Assembly (NCBI GenBank): GCA_026025075.1
Contig: JAPEUI010000095.1
Coordinates: 1-63,774 of the forward strand
Source: Vezdaea acicularis
Lineage: Eukaryota
Length of the DNA stretch: 63,774 nucleotides
Direction: 5' to 3'
Shown piece by piece: positions 52,552 to 63,774 of this stretch; position 1 is the stretch's first letter, and every line of letters starts with the position of its first letter. The notes beneath the pieces are model-generated. The model had not been told where the DNA came from, did not search any database, and worked only from the letters and a program-made list of their open reading frames with translations. The translations under genes were made by a program, and so were the position numbers.

Positions 52552-54176
52552 GTTGTGAGGATAAGGGTCTTGAACGCTGTTCGATTAAGCTAGGAGATTT
52601 GTTGTAGCGATTACAGTGAGGCACGACTGGATAAGAATGGTCTCTGCTGGAGGTACAAGAATCGTGACGGGGGAGAGCGGATGACGATGGGTAAGAGGGT
52701 GTCTTCGGAGATGTTTGTATGGTTGGAGCGGCTACGAGGGTCGCCTCAGGGATCCTTTCTTCTCGCTTGGAGTCTCCAATGGGTTTCGGGTGCAATTCTG
52801 GATTGACCACGGGCCTGGGATTCTTTCACAACCGTGGAACGTCCGAAGAGATTAGGCGCCCGGTAATAGGGGAAGAATGGCAGTCTTAACGATATCTCAA
52901 AGCCAAAAACGGAGCGAATGCGAGTTGTAGGAAGGTGGGGCCGCCGTGTGATACTAAGACTTCGTTCTCACGGGATGGGAGAGCACGTTTTACGACAGGC
53001 GAAACCCCTAATTCTACGGTGTCACTTATCTATCCTACAACGCCGATTGACTTCGCAGCTGCCTCTGCAAACGATCTCACCAGATTCATGGTCTCACATG
53101 CAGATCCGAAGCAGATTCTTGCTTGATACGCCTACCTTACGCTCAATTAGCTCATAGGGCGCCCAAAGGATCACGGCTTGTTGGGGCCGCGCCTGCCTAA
53201 AGCGAAAAACGTGGCGATTCTAGCGCGTTCCTGCCACGTGAAGATCATCCCGTGTCTATGCCGGATGCCCCTTGGCACGGCCTGCTGAGGTGTTCCTGCG
53301 TTCTGCGAGAAATGAGGTTGGGCTGGCCCTGCGTCCGAGCGACTAATCTCCTGTGCCTCCCAGATGGTAGGGGTGTTACGGAAACGCGGTACGTGCCTCC
53401 GACCAGTTTCAAGTTTGGCCTCGCCTTATGAAGAAAGAAAGGCCGCCTCGTAAGAGTTTCCATATCACCGTACGCATTGTAGCTCTGTTTAGGCATCTAC
53501 ATATCTGGGGAGGGGCACTCCTTACTTACTGGTCTGAATCATGACGCTTTCGAGTCTATATCCTCTTAAGCACTTCTGATTATGTGATCCGAAGATCTGA
53601 TATGCCCGGGTTAGCTTCTATAGGACGAGGCCACCACCGATTCCAAATTACCTTGTGTGAGGCGGATCCTATTTCAGGTCATGTCGACTTGCACGGGAGA
53701 ATATGCGTCTTTGATGACATTTTCACGTGAAGATGCTACAGCGGAGTCTCTATTCCAAGATCCGGACAGGTATGGACCGCGTGGGCCCCCTTCCTGATGA
53801 TCTATTGCCTCAGTCCAGTGCGCCTGAGGCCTCAAAAATGTGGAAGTCAGATGTAAAATAATACGTAGGTCCTCAAGAAGTTCTCCTGTCCTAGGTAAAA
53901 TAATTACGAACAAAGTCAGGAGTATTCATGGCGTTTTGGGACGAGACAGATACGGCTCAGTCTCGAAGGGGACAGGGCAAGGCGAGTGGCCAATAGCAGC
54001 CCCGGCTTCTGTTCGCCTCTCTCTCGCCGCTCTACCCCCACGACATCTCCTCGCCTCGCCTCGCAGCGCCAAGATCCACATGATCCGTCTGCTGCTCGGC
54101 AGATTCCGCCGTTCTGCTGCGCGTTGCTGTCCGTTGACTGCTGACTGGAGCAGAGTGGCCCCACGATTGGCCAGGA

Positions 54177-54213
54177 TTTGCATTTTGCAGTTTGCATTTT
54201 GCATTTTGCATTT
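54177..54213. repeat. Heptamer microsatellite (TTTGCAT) x5
   Basis: tttgcat tttgcag tttgcat tttgcat tttgcat tt, read directly. Confidence 0.9.
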
Positions 54214-55426
54214 ATCGATCGAGCCACATTCGCCTCCGCACCGTCGCGGCATTCGTTGGACGATACGCTCGAACGGCAGTCCCGTGGAGAAGCGGATAGG
54301 AGTACTTAGGCTCGAGCTCCATAGGCCGGAGAACCCATTTCTCCCTTGGCGGAGATAGGTCCTCTTGTCCTGCGCCGGCGGAGCCAATGACAGATAGGAT
54401 AATAGCAGAAGTGCATTTTGTGGTGGCGTGCGAAAGTCGAGAGCGTCGTTGGCTGGAACTCGCTAGAAAAGCAAACCCTAACGAAGGGCCAGAACACGCT
54501 GGCGGGCCTTGTCTGGACGGGGGACTGAGCACACCCCCTCCTCCCCGCATCTGTTGCACCACCATTCCATACCATCGATATGCAGCCTCATGAGCAAAAG
54601 ACCGTCACGAATGTAACGTCCGACTGTTGCGGCACATTCAAAAGCCGCGCAGCCTCCTGCAATAGGACTTGCTCGCCGCAGATGGAGTCGCGTAGAGATC
54701 AGTAGAGATGGTGACACGGCGTGACCGCAGTCGCGGTCTTGCGTGACGGTGCCACCGGAATGAAGTTTCCTTGGGGCCTGGCAGGCGACATGTCGGTGTG
54801 CGACGGGATAACGCGAATGCAGCTGGTCCATCGACCGGACCCTGAAGCAAAAGACTATTTTGGAGATCGCGCACCTGCGCGCAATGTCCGGATGGGTGGG
54901 CGGATGCGGGCGGGTGACAGTAGTCTCTCGCCTGTCTGGGCTATCGGTCCAGGGCCCGATTAGAGCAGTTCAGCTTGCGCTCCCTGCAGAAACCTATATT
55001 GCCCCATCCGAGTCGCCCAGACCTCTTCTGGCACCATGCTCAACCGTTGTTGCGTCGACTGCCTTCCCTTGCCCTGTGCACGATATAACAAAACATATCC
55101 GTCCCTTTTCTTTATTGTATAATTGATCTTGAAACTCCAGGCCTCCAGGCTGGTGTCACTTCCTACTGCAGCACGCTTGCGTCCGTCGCGCATCCGCTTT
55201 GTCGACGCTGGAACTCCTTGCAGATCCTCGATCGACCGACCTCACTGCCGAACCGACCCTCCAACACAATGATTCTCCTGAACTGAGACCAGTCCTTGGA
55301 GCAGCTTGATCATTGACTTCCGCTTCGAACGAGCTACAAAGCGACCTCGCGAGCTTCTTTTCACCTCGCGTCTCTTGCATCCAGTGAACTTTGAAAAATC
55401 TACCGAGGTACCGAAAGATCGAGACG

Positions 55427-56959
55427 ATGGAGGTACCAATAGTCCTGCATGTACCTCAGGAGTCCTCGGAGCTTGCAAAACCACTCGGGATGCGAGAAAC
55501 ACGCCCTCAGTCATACCCTCTGCAGAGATCGATAACAGACCATCTTCCGACTGCATCCACCTTTTATAATGCCTTTCCCAACCTGTCGACATCACATTTA
55601 CCTTACCACCCTCCCGAGTATGACCTGACGGAGCACACATTCAAACTGCCACCCTCACGCTTTAGCGTAGTACCACGAGAAGAGGAAGGGCGAGAACTGC
55701 TACCCGGATACTCTTGTTCCTTGAAGCATGAGGCCATCTTTCAACGCAAAGTCGAGCAGACAAGCCCATTCGAGCTAGCAGGAGATCGAAGCTGGAAAAA
55801 GGTCTTCGTCGTGCTTCAGGGCACCATGCTCAACATCCACAAGATCAAGACGCCATTCTTTGGAACGGCATCTACCGATATCAGCCATCCTGACCGACCT
55901 ACAGGGACATCCGCTGGTGCGCTTATCAAGAGCTATACCCTCCAGCATGCAGATGTTGGTGTCGCAGCGGACTACAGGAAATTGAATCACGTCCCGTTTC
56001 AAAAGCTATTTAGTGTACTGAAGCTTCATGGAGTGGCCAATGCTAAGTTTCGCAGTAGACAATTGGTCATCCGCGTCCGGGCCGAGACCGAGCAGTTCCT
56101 GCTATGTTGCACCAAGATTGATACGCTCCTGACTTGGCTAGAAGCTTTGAGCGCTGCGATTGATCTTTCACCGCCATTGGAAGAGCGAACCCTTCCGAAA
56201 TATCAAACGTTACCTCGGAGGCGGAGAAGGCGAGCAAGGGATGTGATGAGGGAGCAGGAACGGATCATCCGGGAACAGTTCCCCAATCTGCTAGAAGAAG
56301 AGTCGGAAAATTCAAGAGCAGCGACAAGGAGAAGCCGAAGCCAAGCTCGAGCTCAACAGTCAAGTGATGAACGACGGAGAAACCAAAGCCTACCTCCCCT
56401 ACCAACAGATGAACAATCGCAGACCCATACCATCCATTTAGTCGAGACGAACCGAACTTCCGTGAGCAGTGGTGGTGAAGGCGAACCCAGCTCACCCCCT
56501 CCACGCCGCCGCGGTGGCCCCTCTTTGACTCTCCGACCACCCGAACCTTCTGCAGACGACGCCTCCGAGGTTGACGTCGACATCAGCGAGATGCGCGAAG
56601 ACCTAGGTGAAGCAGAGCCTGGAGTTGAGGATGTTCCTGCCCTCCATTCGCCCACGGGCAGCCCCTCGTCGTCCTCTTCTAGCTCCGTCCACTCCGTCCA
56701 GGTCAAATGGTGTCCAGAGCATCATCGGGATCGCGCAGCGGAGTTACGGCGGGCGAGGCGCTGCTCACGAATCCTCGTCGCTTCAGAGCCACGGTTAGGC
56801 GGTGTTATCGTGAAGGACGGCAAGAAATGGCGGATTGACTTTGAGCAGGAGCGTCTCGTCGAGTGTCTGGACGACCTGCCCTGCTACAAGTCTCCTGACG
56901 ACGAGGCGGCAGAGCAGAGCTACCGCAGGCGTAGGGGACTGATTGAGCAGGGTATGTGA
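55427..56959 (+). CDS. PH-domain protein (YHR131C-like)
   Basis: PREEEGRELLPGYSC, RSWKKVFVVLQGTML, YTLQHADVGVAADY, VIRVRAETEQFLL, W...LSAAIDLSPPLEER...PRRRRRR. First ATG at 55427. Confidence 0.8.
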   Translation: MEVPIVLHVPQESSELAKPLGMRETRPQSYPLQRSITDHLPTASTFYNAFPNLSTSHLPYHPPEYDLTEHTFKLPPSRFSVVPREEEGRELLPGYSCSLKHEAIFQRKVEQTSPFELAGDRSWKKVFVVLQGTMLNIHKIKTPFFGTASTDISHPDRPTGTSAGALIKSYTLQHADVGVAADYRKLNHVPFQKLFSVLKLHGVANAKFRSRQLVIRVRAETEQFLLCCTKIDTLLTWLEALSAAIDLSPPLEERTLPKYQTLPRRRRRRARDVMREQERIIREQFPNLLEEESENSRAATRRSRSQARAQQSSDERRRNQSLPPLPTDEQSQTHTIHLVETNRTSVSSGGEGEPSSPPPRRRGGPSLTLRPPEPSADDASEVDVDISEMREDLGEAEPGVEDVPALHSPTGSPSSSSSSSVHSVQVKWCPEHHRDRAAELRRARRCSRILVASEPRLGGVIVKDGKKWRIDFEQERLVECLDDLPCYKSPDDEAAEQSYRRRRGLIEQGM

Positions 56960-57379
56960 GGCATGGTGTAATCTTCGCGGTGATAACACCTTGGAGATAG
57001 GATAGGATGGGTGGGTATGTGCACTTTTTTTTGCTACTTGTTGCTTTAGCGGGTTTGCTTGGGACGGATGCTTGTGTTGGTCTGTGCAGCTGGGGCTCGG
57101 GGCGTGCTTTTACTGAAGCGATTTAGCGGGCAATTTGGGCAGTTCGATGACAGATGATGAGACCACTGGGTCGGATATGAGGACTTTGCAGATAGTGTCG
57201 ATATTAGTGTCCGCCGTCGAAGACCTAGTCAAAGCGCTTGCAATATCTAAATACAATATAGTATGCCAATAAAATCACATTACACCCCCACGCCCGTGCA
57301 AACAAAAGCCACCCACATACCCATAAAGGAGACCCATCCGTCCCCTCCCCCTCCCAAACGCCTTCCTTTTCTTTTGAAA

Positions 57380-58166
57380 TCACCGCGTACCCAGCTCCCC
57401 CTCCACACTCCTGACCTCCTCCCTAACCCCCTCCGCGCCCCTCTCTCCAACCAAGCCCTTCGCCAGCGCCTCCTCCGCGCCCTCCAGGTCATGCACCACC
57501 CCCTCAAGCTGCTTGACCAGCCCATCGATCTCCTCGCGCTGTCCCCGAATCTCCTGCAACAGCGCCGCATTCTTCGACGCCGTCGTCTGTAGTTGCGCAT
57601 TCAACTGACTCTGCTGCTGCGCCAGATACGGACCCAGATGCGCGGCGAGCAGCGCGTGGGGTGGGAGCATATGCGGACTATACAGTCTCTATCAATCAGC
57701 CTCACCTCCCTCAACCACCCCCCCAAAGCACAAGAATGACAGCAACTTACGCAACCTCCCCCTCCCCCTGGGGCTCACGATCCCTCCTTCTCCTCGCCTC
57801 CGCAACAAGTTCATCCAACTCATTCAATCTCGGCACGACCTCTCTCTCCGCCAGAATATCCGCGAACTCGCTCTTGGCCAGCTCCTCCAGCCGGCCGACC
57901 ATCTGCGCCCAGAGCTTGTGTAGGCTGTCCGGAACGTATTTCGCGGGCGTGGGGAAGCAGCTGGAGAAGTTCGCGTAGGAGCACGTCTTTAGTGTGTGTG
58001 CGAGGGCTTCGTTGTAGATCTTTTGGAGGGCGAGGGCGCGGGGGCCGGGGAGGGGGTGCGTTGTTGGAGTGGGTGTTGTGGAGGGGTTGGTGTGGGTTGA
58101 TGGGGCGTTTGTTGATGCTGCTGTGGTGGGGGGGAGGTCGGGTTGGGGAGGGTTGGCGGAGGTCAT
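57380..58166 (-). CDS. NNF1: Kinetochore MIND/Mis12 complex subunit Nnf1
   Basis: PGPRA...ALAHTLKTCSYANFSSCFPT...EFADILAEREVVPRLNELDELVAEA, intron 57678-57750, then PHMLPP...AHL and a coiled coil. Confidence 0.85.
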
Positions 58167-58262
58167 GATGATGGATATGGGTGTAGAGGATGTGTCTGTA
58201 ATGATTGATGGTTTTCTGGATGGTCGTAGATTTGCTCTGTGCGGAGATAGGGCATGGTTGGT

Positions 58263-58325
58263 GGGAGGCGCTGAGAGAGGGGGAGGCGCTGAGAGAGGGG
58301 GAGGCGCTGAGAGAGGGGGCGGCGC
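58263..58325. repeat. 18-bp tandem repeat (GGGAGGCGCTGAGAGAGG) x3 plus a partial copy
   Basis: Three identical units read directly at 58263, 58281 and 58299. Confidence 0.95.
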
Positions 58326-58403
58326 GCCTGTTCGCGTTTACATGTTGATGCCGGCTGGTTATGACCCTCATAATAGACTTTACTGCGGTAATTTGTTCAA
58401 GTA

Positions 58404-58487
58404 GGCCTAATGGCCCAATGGCAAGGCGCTTGACTACGATTTACCATTGGCATCAAGAGATTCCAGGTTCGACCCCTGGTTAGGTCA
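58404..58487 (+). tRNA. tRNA-Arg(ACG) with a 12-nt intron (58440-58451)
   Basis: Acceptor stem GGCCTAA/TTAGGTC, A box TGGCCCAATGG, anticodon stem CTTGA/TCAAG with ACG at 58436-58438, T arm CCAGG-TTCGACC-CCTGG, downstream T tract. Confidence 0.95.
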
Positions 58488-58895
58488 CTCATTTATGTTT
58501 TTGAATTTCAAAACATTGATATTAATTCAATTAACAAGAATGCATGACAGTTGTCTGCTTTTCTTTTTTCAATATTGAGTTGGGTTGCAGCGCGTTGTAG
58601 AGTGAGCTCCGATCTTGGCGCGGACTTCTTGCGCGTCTCCCGAAAATGTACGCGATGAACCGCCACTTTACCGTAGCTATCAGCGAGCAGAAATCCTACA
58701 CCACCCTTCTCTTGGGAGGACAATCCGAGGCGGCCTTTAATTCCTTGCATCACTTCATACAACGCTCCTTTAGGGCGTATTCCCGACATCACCAAGCCCC
58801 CTCCCAGCCTCGACCGCAGGTTTTCTCAGCGCAGCACTTTATTTCGATTCATATAATTTCTCTTTGCGTCACTTAGTGGATGAGATACGACCAAA

Positions 58896-60765
58896 ATGTA
58901 AGAAAAATTGCATCTGTTTGCAAGTCTGTCATGTCTTCTCGTAACTGACCCGAACACAGGGAGGCTTTTAGTGGAATCCATCTCGATCTTTCGAAGAAAG
59001 CAGGCAAATGCGCGGTTTCTGAAGCAGGTATAGGATGGAAGACAGCTGAAGGTAGCGACATGTGGACTCTTGAGAAATCAAATATAGCGAGTGCCCAATG
59101 GAGCAGAGCTGCAAGGGGGTTTGAACTGAAGATAATCGCAAGAGATTCGACTGTGGTCCAGCTTGACGGATTTGACGAAGATGTGGGTAGCACGGTATTA
59201 CCGCAGGATCACTTTGCTAACGTGTTTTAGAACCTGGACTCCTTGAGCAAAGTATTTCAACTATGGTTTGGTATCAAGATTGAGAAGATTGAGCACGCTA
59301 CAAGGGGCTGGAACTGGGGCAAGGGTGTCTTTGAGAAATCTGAGTTGACATTCAAGGTCCACAACAAACCTGCCTTTGAGATACCATATTCAGAGATCTC
59401 GAATACAAATCTCGCTGGACGAAATGAAGTAGCTGTTGAGTTCTCATTACCCGGAAACGGAAACGAGACTGGGACGAATGGAGCGATGGGCGGAGCTCGA
59501 GGTCGAGGTAGAAAAGCCGGTGGGGGCGGAGATCAACTGGTGGAGATGCGTTTCTATATTCCGGGTACGACGAAGAAAAATTGGGATAATGATGACGAGG
59601 TGCGCTCTGAAGATGGCGAGGAAATCAACGCGGCGAATCAATTCTACGATACCTTGATGGAGAAGGCCGATATTGGTGATGTTGCAGGAGACACATTCGC
59701 TACGTTCCAGGACGTACTTCATCTCACACCTCGTGGTCGGTTCGATATAGACTTATACGAAACTTCATTCCGACTTCGAGGCAAGACTTACGATTACAAA
59801 ATTCAGTACGAGTCCGTCAAGAAGTTTTTCCTCCTCCCGAAGCCCGACGACCTCCACACGCTCATTACTATTGGGCTGGAACCTCCACTGCGCCAAGGCC
59901 AGACCAGATATCCATTTGTGGTTATGCAGTTCAAGCGGGACGAGGAAACCATCATCGACTTAAACATGACGGAGGAGGTATTGAAGGACAAGTATGAAGG
60001 AAGACTCCAAGAACACTACACAGGCCCTACGTCTCAAGTTATCGCTCAGGTTTTCCGCGGGCTGGCGAAGAAGAAAGTTACCACCCCGTCAAAGCAATTC
60101 TCTAGGTAAGAGACATCGAGCTATACCCTTGATCGTTGCAAATACTGATACTCGCTCATAGCTATCACAATCAATCAGGGGTCAAATGCTCTATCAAAGC
60201 AAACGAGGGGCACGTATACTGTCTCGACAAGGCGCTAATGTTCGTCCCCAAGCCTGCAACCTACATTTCATTTGATAATATATTAGATATCACAATGTCG
60301 AGAGTGGGCGGTGCAGTATCGGCGAGCAGGACATTCGATATCTCTGTTGCCTTGAAGGGAGATGCTCAACCCATCAGTCTTAGCAACATCAACCGCGAAG
60401 AGCAAATCCCTCTCCAGGATTTCTTCAAGTCCAAGGGTCTCAAGACGCATAACGAGATGGACGACGACGGTGGTGCTATACTTGCTGCGGCAATGGAAGA
60501 TGCTGGTATGTCAAGTGATGACGAAGTTGCGCCTGCTCGCGCGGATCGTGGTAGCGCCGATGAGGATGACGAGAGCGTCGACGAGGACTTCCATGCTAGC
60601 TCAGACTCCGATGTGGCCGAGGAATACGATTCGGCTCATTCGAGTAGTGGAGGTAGCGATGCAAGTGATGCGGAGATGCAGGATGCTGAGGCGGACGATG
60701 TGGACGACGATGAAGAGGAAGTTCAGGAAGAGAGGCCGAAAAAGAAAGCTAAGACAGGGAAATAG
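58896..60765 (+). CDS. POB3: FACT complex subunit Pob3/SSRP1
   Basis: AT|G start split by intron 58898-58959; further introns ~59183-59230 and ~60106-60161. GWNWG, TPRGRFDID, LRQGQTRYP, acidic tail and PKKKAK NLS. Confidence 0.95.
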
Positions 60766-61300
60766 GGGGTTTCCCAGTTTTGGTGCGGATTTACAGTCCT
60801 GGCTAGTAATTGTGGGAGATGTCTACAACCAGTCTTTCGATATATCATGGCATTAGGGCTTCAGCATAGATTCGTAGCGTGCAAAATGAGCCGCTTCTGC
60901 GGCGGAAAAATAATCTACATCGTCCACAGTGTAGGTTCAAGCACTGAGGTGATCCTTAAAGAAGAAAAGCACATCGGGAGTGATCTTCACTGGAGAGCAA
61001 TATCCCTAGGCAATCAATTAGGGACCGGTTTCTGGATGTCTTGTGGACGTATCTCTACACCTTAGACAAAACATGTGCATATTTCTTACTAACTTATACC
61101 TGATGACTGTATATGTGACTGGTCATATTCCATTGCCAACCACAAAATTCACCTATGGTGCGTCCATCCTCGCTTGGCAGCGGCACTGAAGTATTCAACC
61201 GGCCTCAACTCCAACCCCACCATCAACATTTCCCTATTCTCACTCCCAGTGCCTATTGTGCTCTGCCTACGGCTACTCGCTTTCAAAGCCGTTGCCCAGC

Positions 61301-62767
61301 ATGAGTGCACCTCAAGCAAACGAAGCCGAGAAGAACATCGAAATATGGAAGGTCAAGAAATTGATCAAGCGTCTCGAGGCGGCCCGAGGCAACGGGACCT
61401 CGATGATTTCACTTATCATTCGTGAGTTATGTTGATATTTTCAAAAATTCCTCGACTTAGACTGATAAATGGAAAGCTCCCAAGGATCAAGTCTCCCGGG
61501 CGGCTAAGATGCTGGCTGAAGAATTCGTACGTGCAATTGCGTCGCACACAACGAATGTGGCGATATTGACATTTATAGGGGACTGCCTCGAATATCAAAT
61601 CCCGCGTAAATCGGCTATCGGTGCTTTCTGCAATCACCTCAACTCAGCAGAAGTTGAAGCTTTACTCTAAAGTCCCAACTAATGGCCTTGTTGTGTACTG
61701 CGGCGAAATCATCACTTCCGAGGGCAAGGAACGCAAAATTAATATTGACTTTGAGCCTTTCAAGCCGATCAATACATCGCTCTATCTCTGCGACAACAAG
61801 TTTCATACTGAGGCATTGAGCGAACTGCTTGAATCAGACCAGAAATTTGGCTTCATTATCATGGATGGAAATGGAGCGCTGTTTGGGACCCTTAGTGGCA
61901 ACACTAGGGACATCCTTCAGAAGTTCTCCGTCGACCTGCCTAAAAAGCATGGCAGAGGTGGTCAGTCTGCCCTTCGTTTCGCTCGGCTTCGAGAGGAAAA
62001 GCGGCACAATTACGTTCGAAAGGTTGCCGAGCTCGCCGTTCAAAACTATATTACTAATGATAAAGTAAATGTTGCCGGTCTTATTCTAGCTGGGTCTGCG
62101 GATTTTAAGAATGATCTCAACCAGTCCGATATGTTTGATGGACGACTTCAGGGGAAGGTCATCAAAGTTGTCGACGTTTCCTATGGAGGGGAAAACGGCT
62201 TCAACCAAGCTATTGATCTCTCTGCCGAGACTCTGAGCAATGTCAAATTCATCCAAGAGAAAAAGCTTATCAACTCGTACTTTGCTGAGATTAGTCAAGA
62301 TAGCGGCAAAGTCTGCTACGGGGTTGAAGACACTTTAAAGGCACTAGAACTTGGAGCAGCGGAGACTTTGATAGTATTCGAAAATCTTGATGTCACTCGC
62401 TGGTCTCTCAAGACTGCTGCAGGCTCAGAAGTAATTCTACATACGAGCAAGGAGCAGGAGTCCTCCAACCGGGAGATGTTCATGGACAAGGATACAGGCC
62501 AGGAGATGGAGCTTGTCGAGCAGATACCTTTCTTGGAGTGGCTGGCAGAAAAATACAAAGATTTTGGCGCCACTCTTGAATTTGTCTCCGACCGCTCCAG
62601 CGAAGGGAATCAATTCGTTAAGGGCTTTGGAGGAATAGGCGCAATTCTGAGATACAAGGTCAACTTTGAGCAGTTGGCCGATTTCGATGATGACGAGGAT
62701 GAATTCTATGACGGTATGCTCTTGTTAAGACACAAGCAGCTTCTAATGCTAACACTGCTTAGATTGA
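61301..62767 (+). CDS. SUP45: Eukaryotic release factor 1 (eRF1)
   Basis: TASNIKS, YLCDNKF, GRGGQS motifs. Introns ~61422-61476, ~61527-61578 and 62714-62762; stop TGA at 62765-62767. Confidence 0.97.
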
Positions 62768-62986
62768 CAATATCGCAACCTCGCCAGGGGCGAGGAGACG
62801 TATCCAGACACGCCTGCAGGGCGCAGTTTGACGGCGGTCCCTTCAGAGCGGCATTATGATACTCTGCACACTCTTGATGAGAACCGGCCTCCTAAGTTTA
62901 CGCACTTGGAGACTTGGCTGCTTCCCAATGCTGGTGAATCCGCGTCCACCGCTGCATACTAAACATGGAAATGCCTTCGGGCTTTG

Positions 62987-63039
62987 GTGAGTGTACTAGC
63001 TTCATCCTCGCCAATTGCACAAAGCTTACAATACTGCAG
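62987..63039 (+). promoter_or_regulatory. Predicted 3'UTR intron of the eRF1 mRNA
   Basis: Donor GTGAGT at 62987, branch-like GCTTAC at 63024, acceptor CAG at 63037-63039; 53 nt, similar to other introns in this window. Confidence 0.75.
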
Positions 63040-63774
63040 CGACGCCAAATAGCGTTTGTGAAGGTGCGGGCTTGGGAGTCATTGGGGGGGGATTTTTGAG
63101 AATGAAAAAAGCGTGGCTTCTTGATTTTTGATCTTATAACCGGGGCTACAAAGATTCGTGTTCGCTCCTTGTACTGAGTCTTGAGCCCACTTCCAACTCT
63201 GCTGTTTGAAACTACTTACATCAAAAATATTCTCTATTCCACATCCGCTTTGTATGTGTTGGAAGTGGCCAAAATCTCGTACTCCTTCCTTAGATCTTGG
63301 TAATGCATGGGTTGTAACACTTTGGCAGCCAGCCCCAGCACTTCCCTAGCGGATGGATCAATAGAGCCGATCCTCTGGGCCCTTCCTTTGGTACTCTGGG
63401 CGAGGTAGCCATGGACCTCTCGAAAGTAGTGAGTCTAGCTGCATGATGTTGCTCAGTTGGGCCTCACATTTATGCGACGCCACGCCGGGCGACATCGCCA
63501 TACATCAAGGCGCCTATGGTTGTAGCCTGATTCGCGGTAGATTGACTTCGCTCGGGCTGTTTGCACTGTTTATGAATGCGAGTCAGCCTGCAGAAGAGCC
63601 TAGATTCCTAAGCAAAGTCCTGGGCTTGTGGTGTCTCAAGTGCATTCGACCGGTTTCGAAGTGACAACAAAATTCATTTCGTTGCCCCCACTATGATGTT
63701 TTTGTTCAACCGGGGGAAGCCTGTTTCATGATCGCCATCCCAAAAATAAATGGCTGGTGTAGAAAACGCCGGTC

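Noticed and set aside
55978..56055. Possible intron inside the PH domain (GCTAAG...CGCAG acceptor-like signal)
   Set aside because: No suitable GT donor preserves both frame and a plausible length, and the ORF is open through it.

Overview
Gene-dense, intron-containing nuclear DNA from a filamentous ascomycete (Pezizomycotina-type short GT-AG introns with CTAAC/CTGAC branch sites). It holds about 22 mostly core genes: a 5'-truncated SNF2/STH1 ATPase, a BTB protein, MRPL7, VPS18, STE11, PDX1, a Pumilio/PUF3-type protein, a small membrane protein, GPI13, COG1, a CCDC90/DUF1640 protein, an Edc1/PNRC2-like decapping activator, RBX1, an ALR1/CorA transporter, HTD2, PHA2, a septin-like GTPase, a G3BP/BRE5-like protein, a small hypothetical protein, a PH-domain protein, NNF1, POB3 and eRF1/SUP45. 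There is also one intron-containing tRNA-Arg(ACG). No transposase or CRISPR was recognised. Highlights: (1) the eRF1 3' end has a readthrough plus 3'UTR-intron layout consistent with NMD autoregulation; (2) a ~600-nt intergenic element between COG1 and the CCDC90 gene folds into a nested multi-stem structure that I could not match to a known RNA; (3) the + strand repeatedly switches from C-rich to G-rich regardless of gene orientation; (4) the POB3 start codon is split by an intron. Gene names come from recognising motifs by eye, and splice sites are read from the sequence, not from transcripts.
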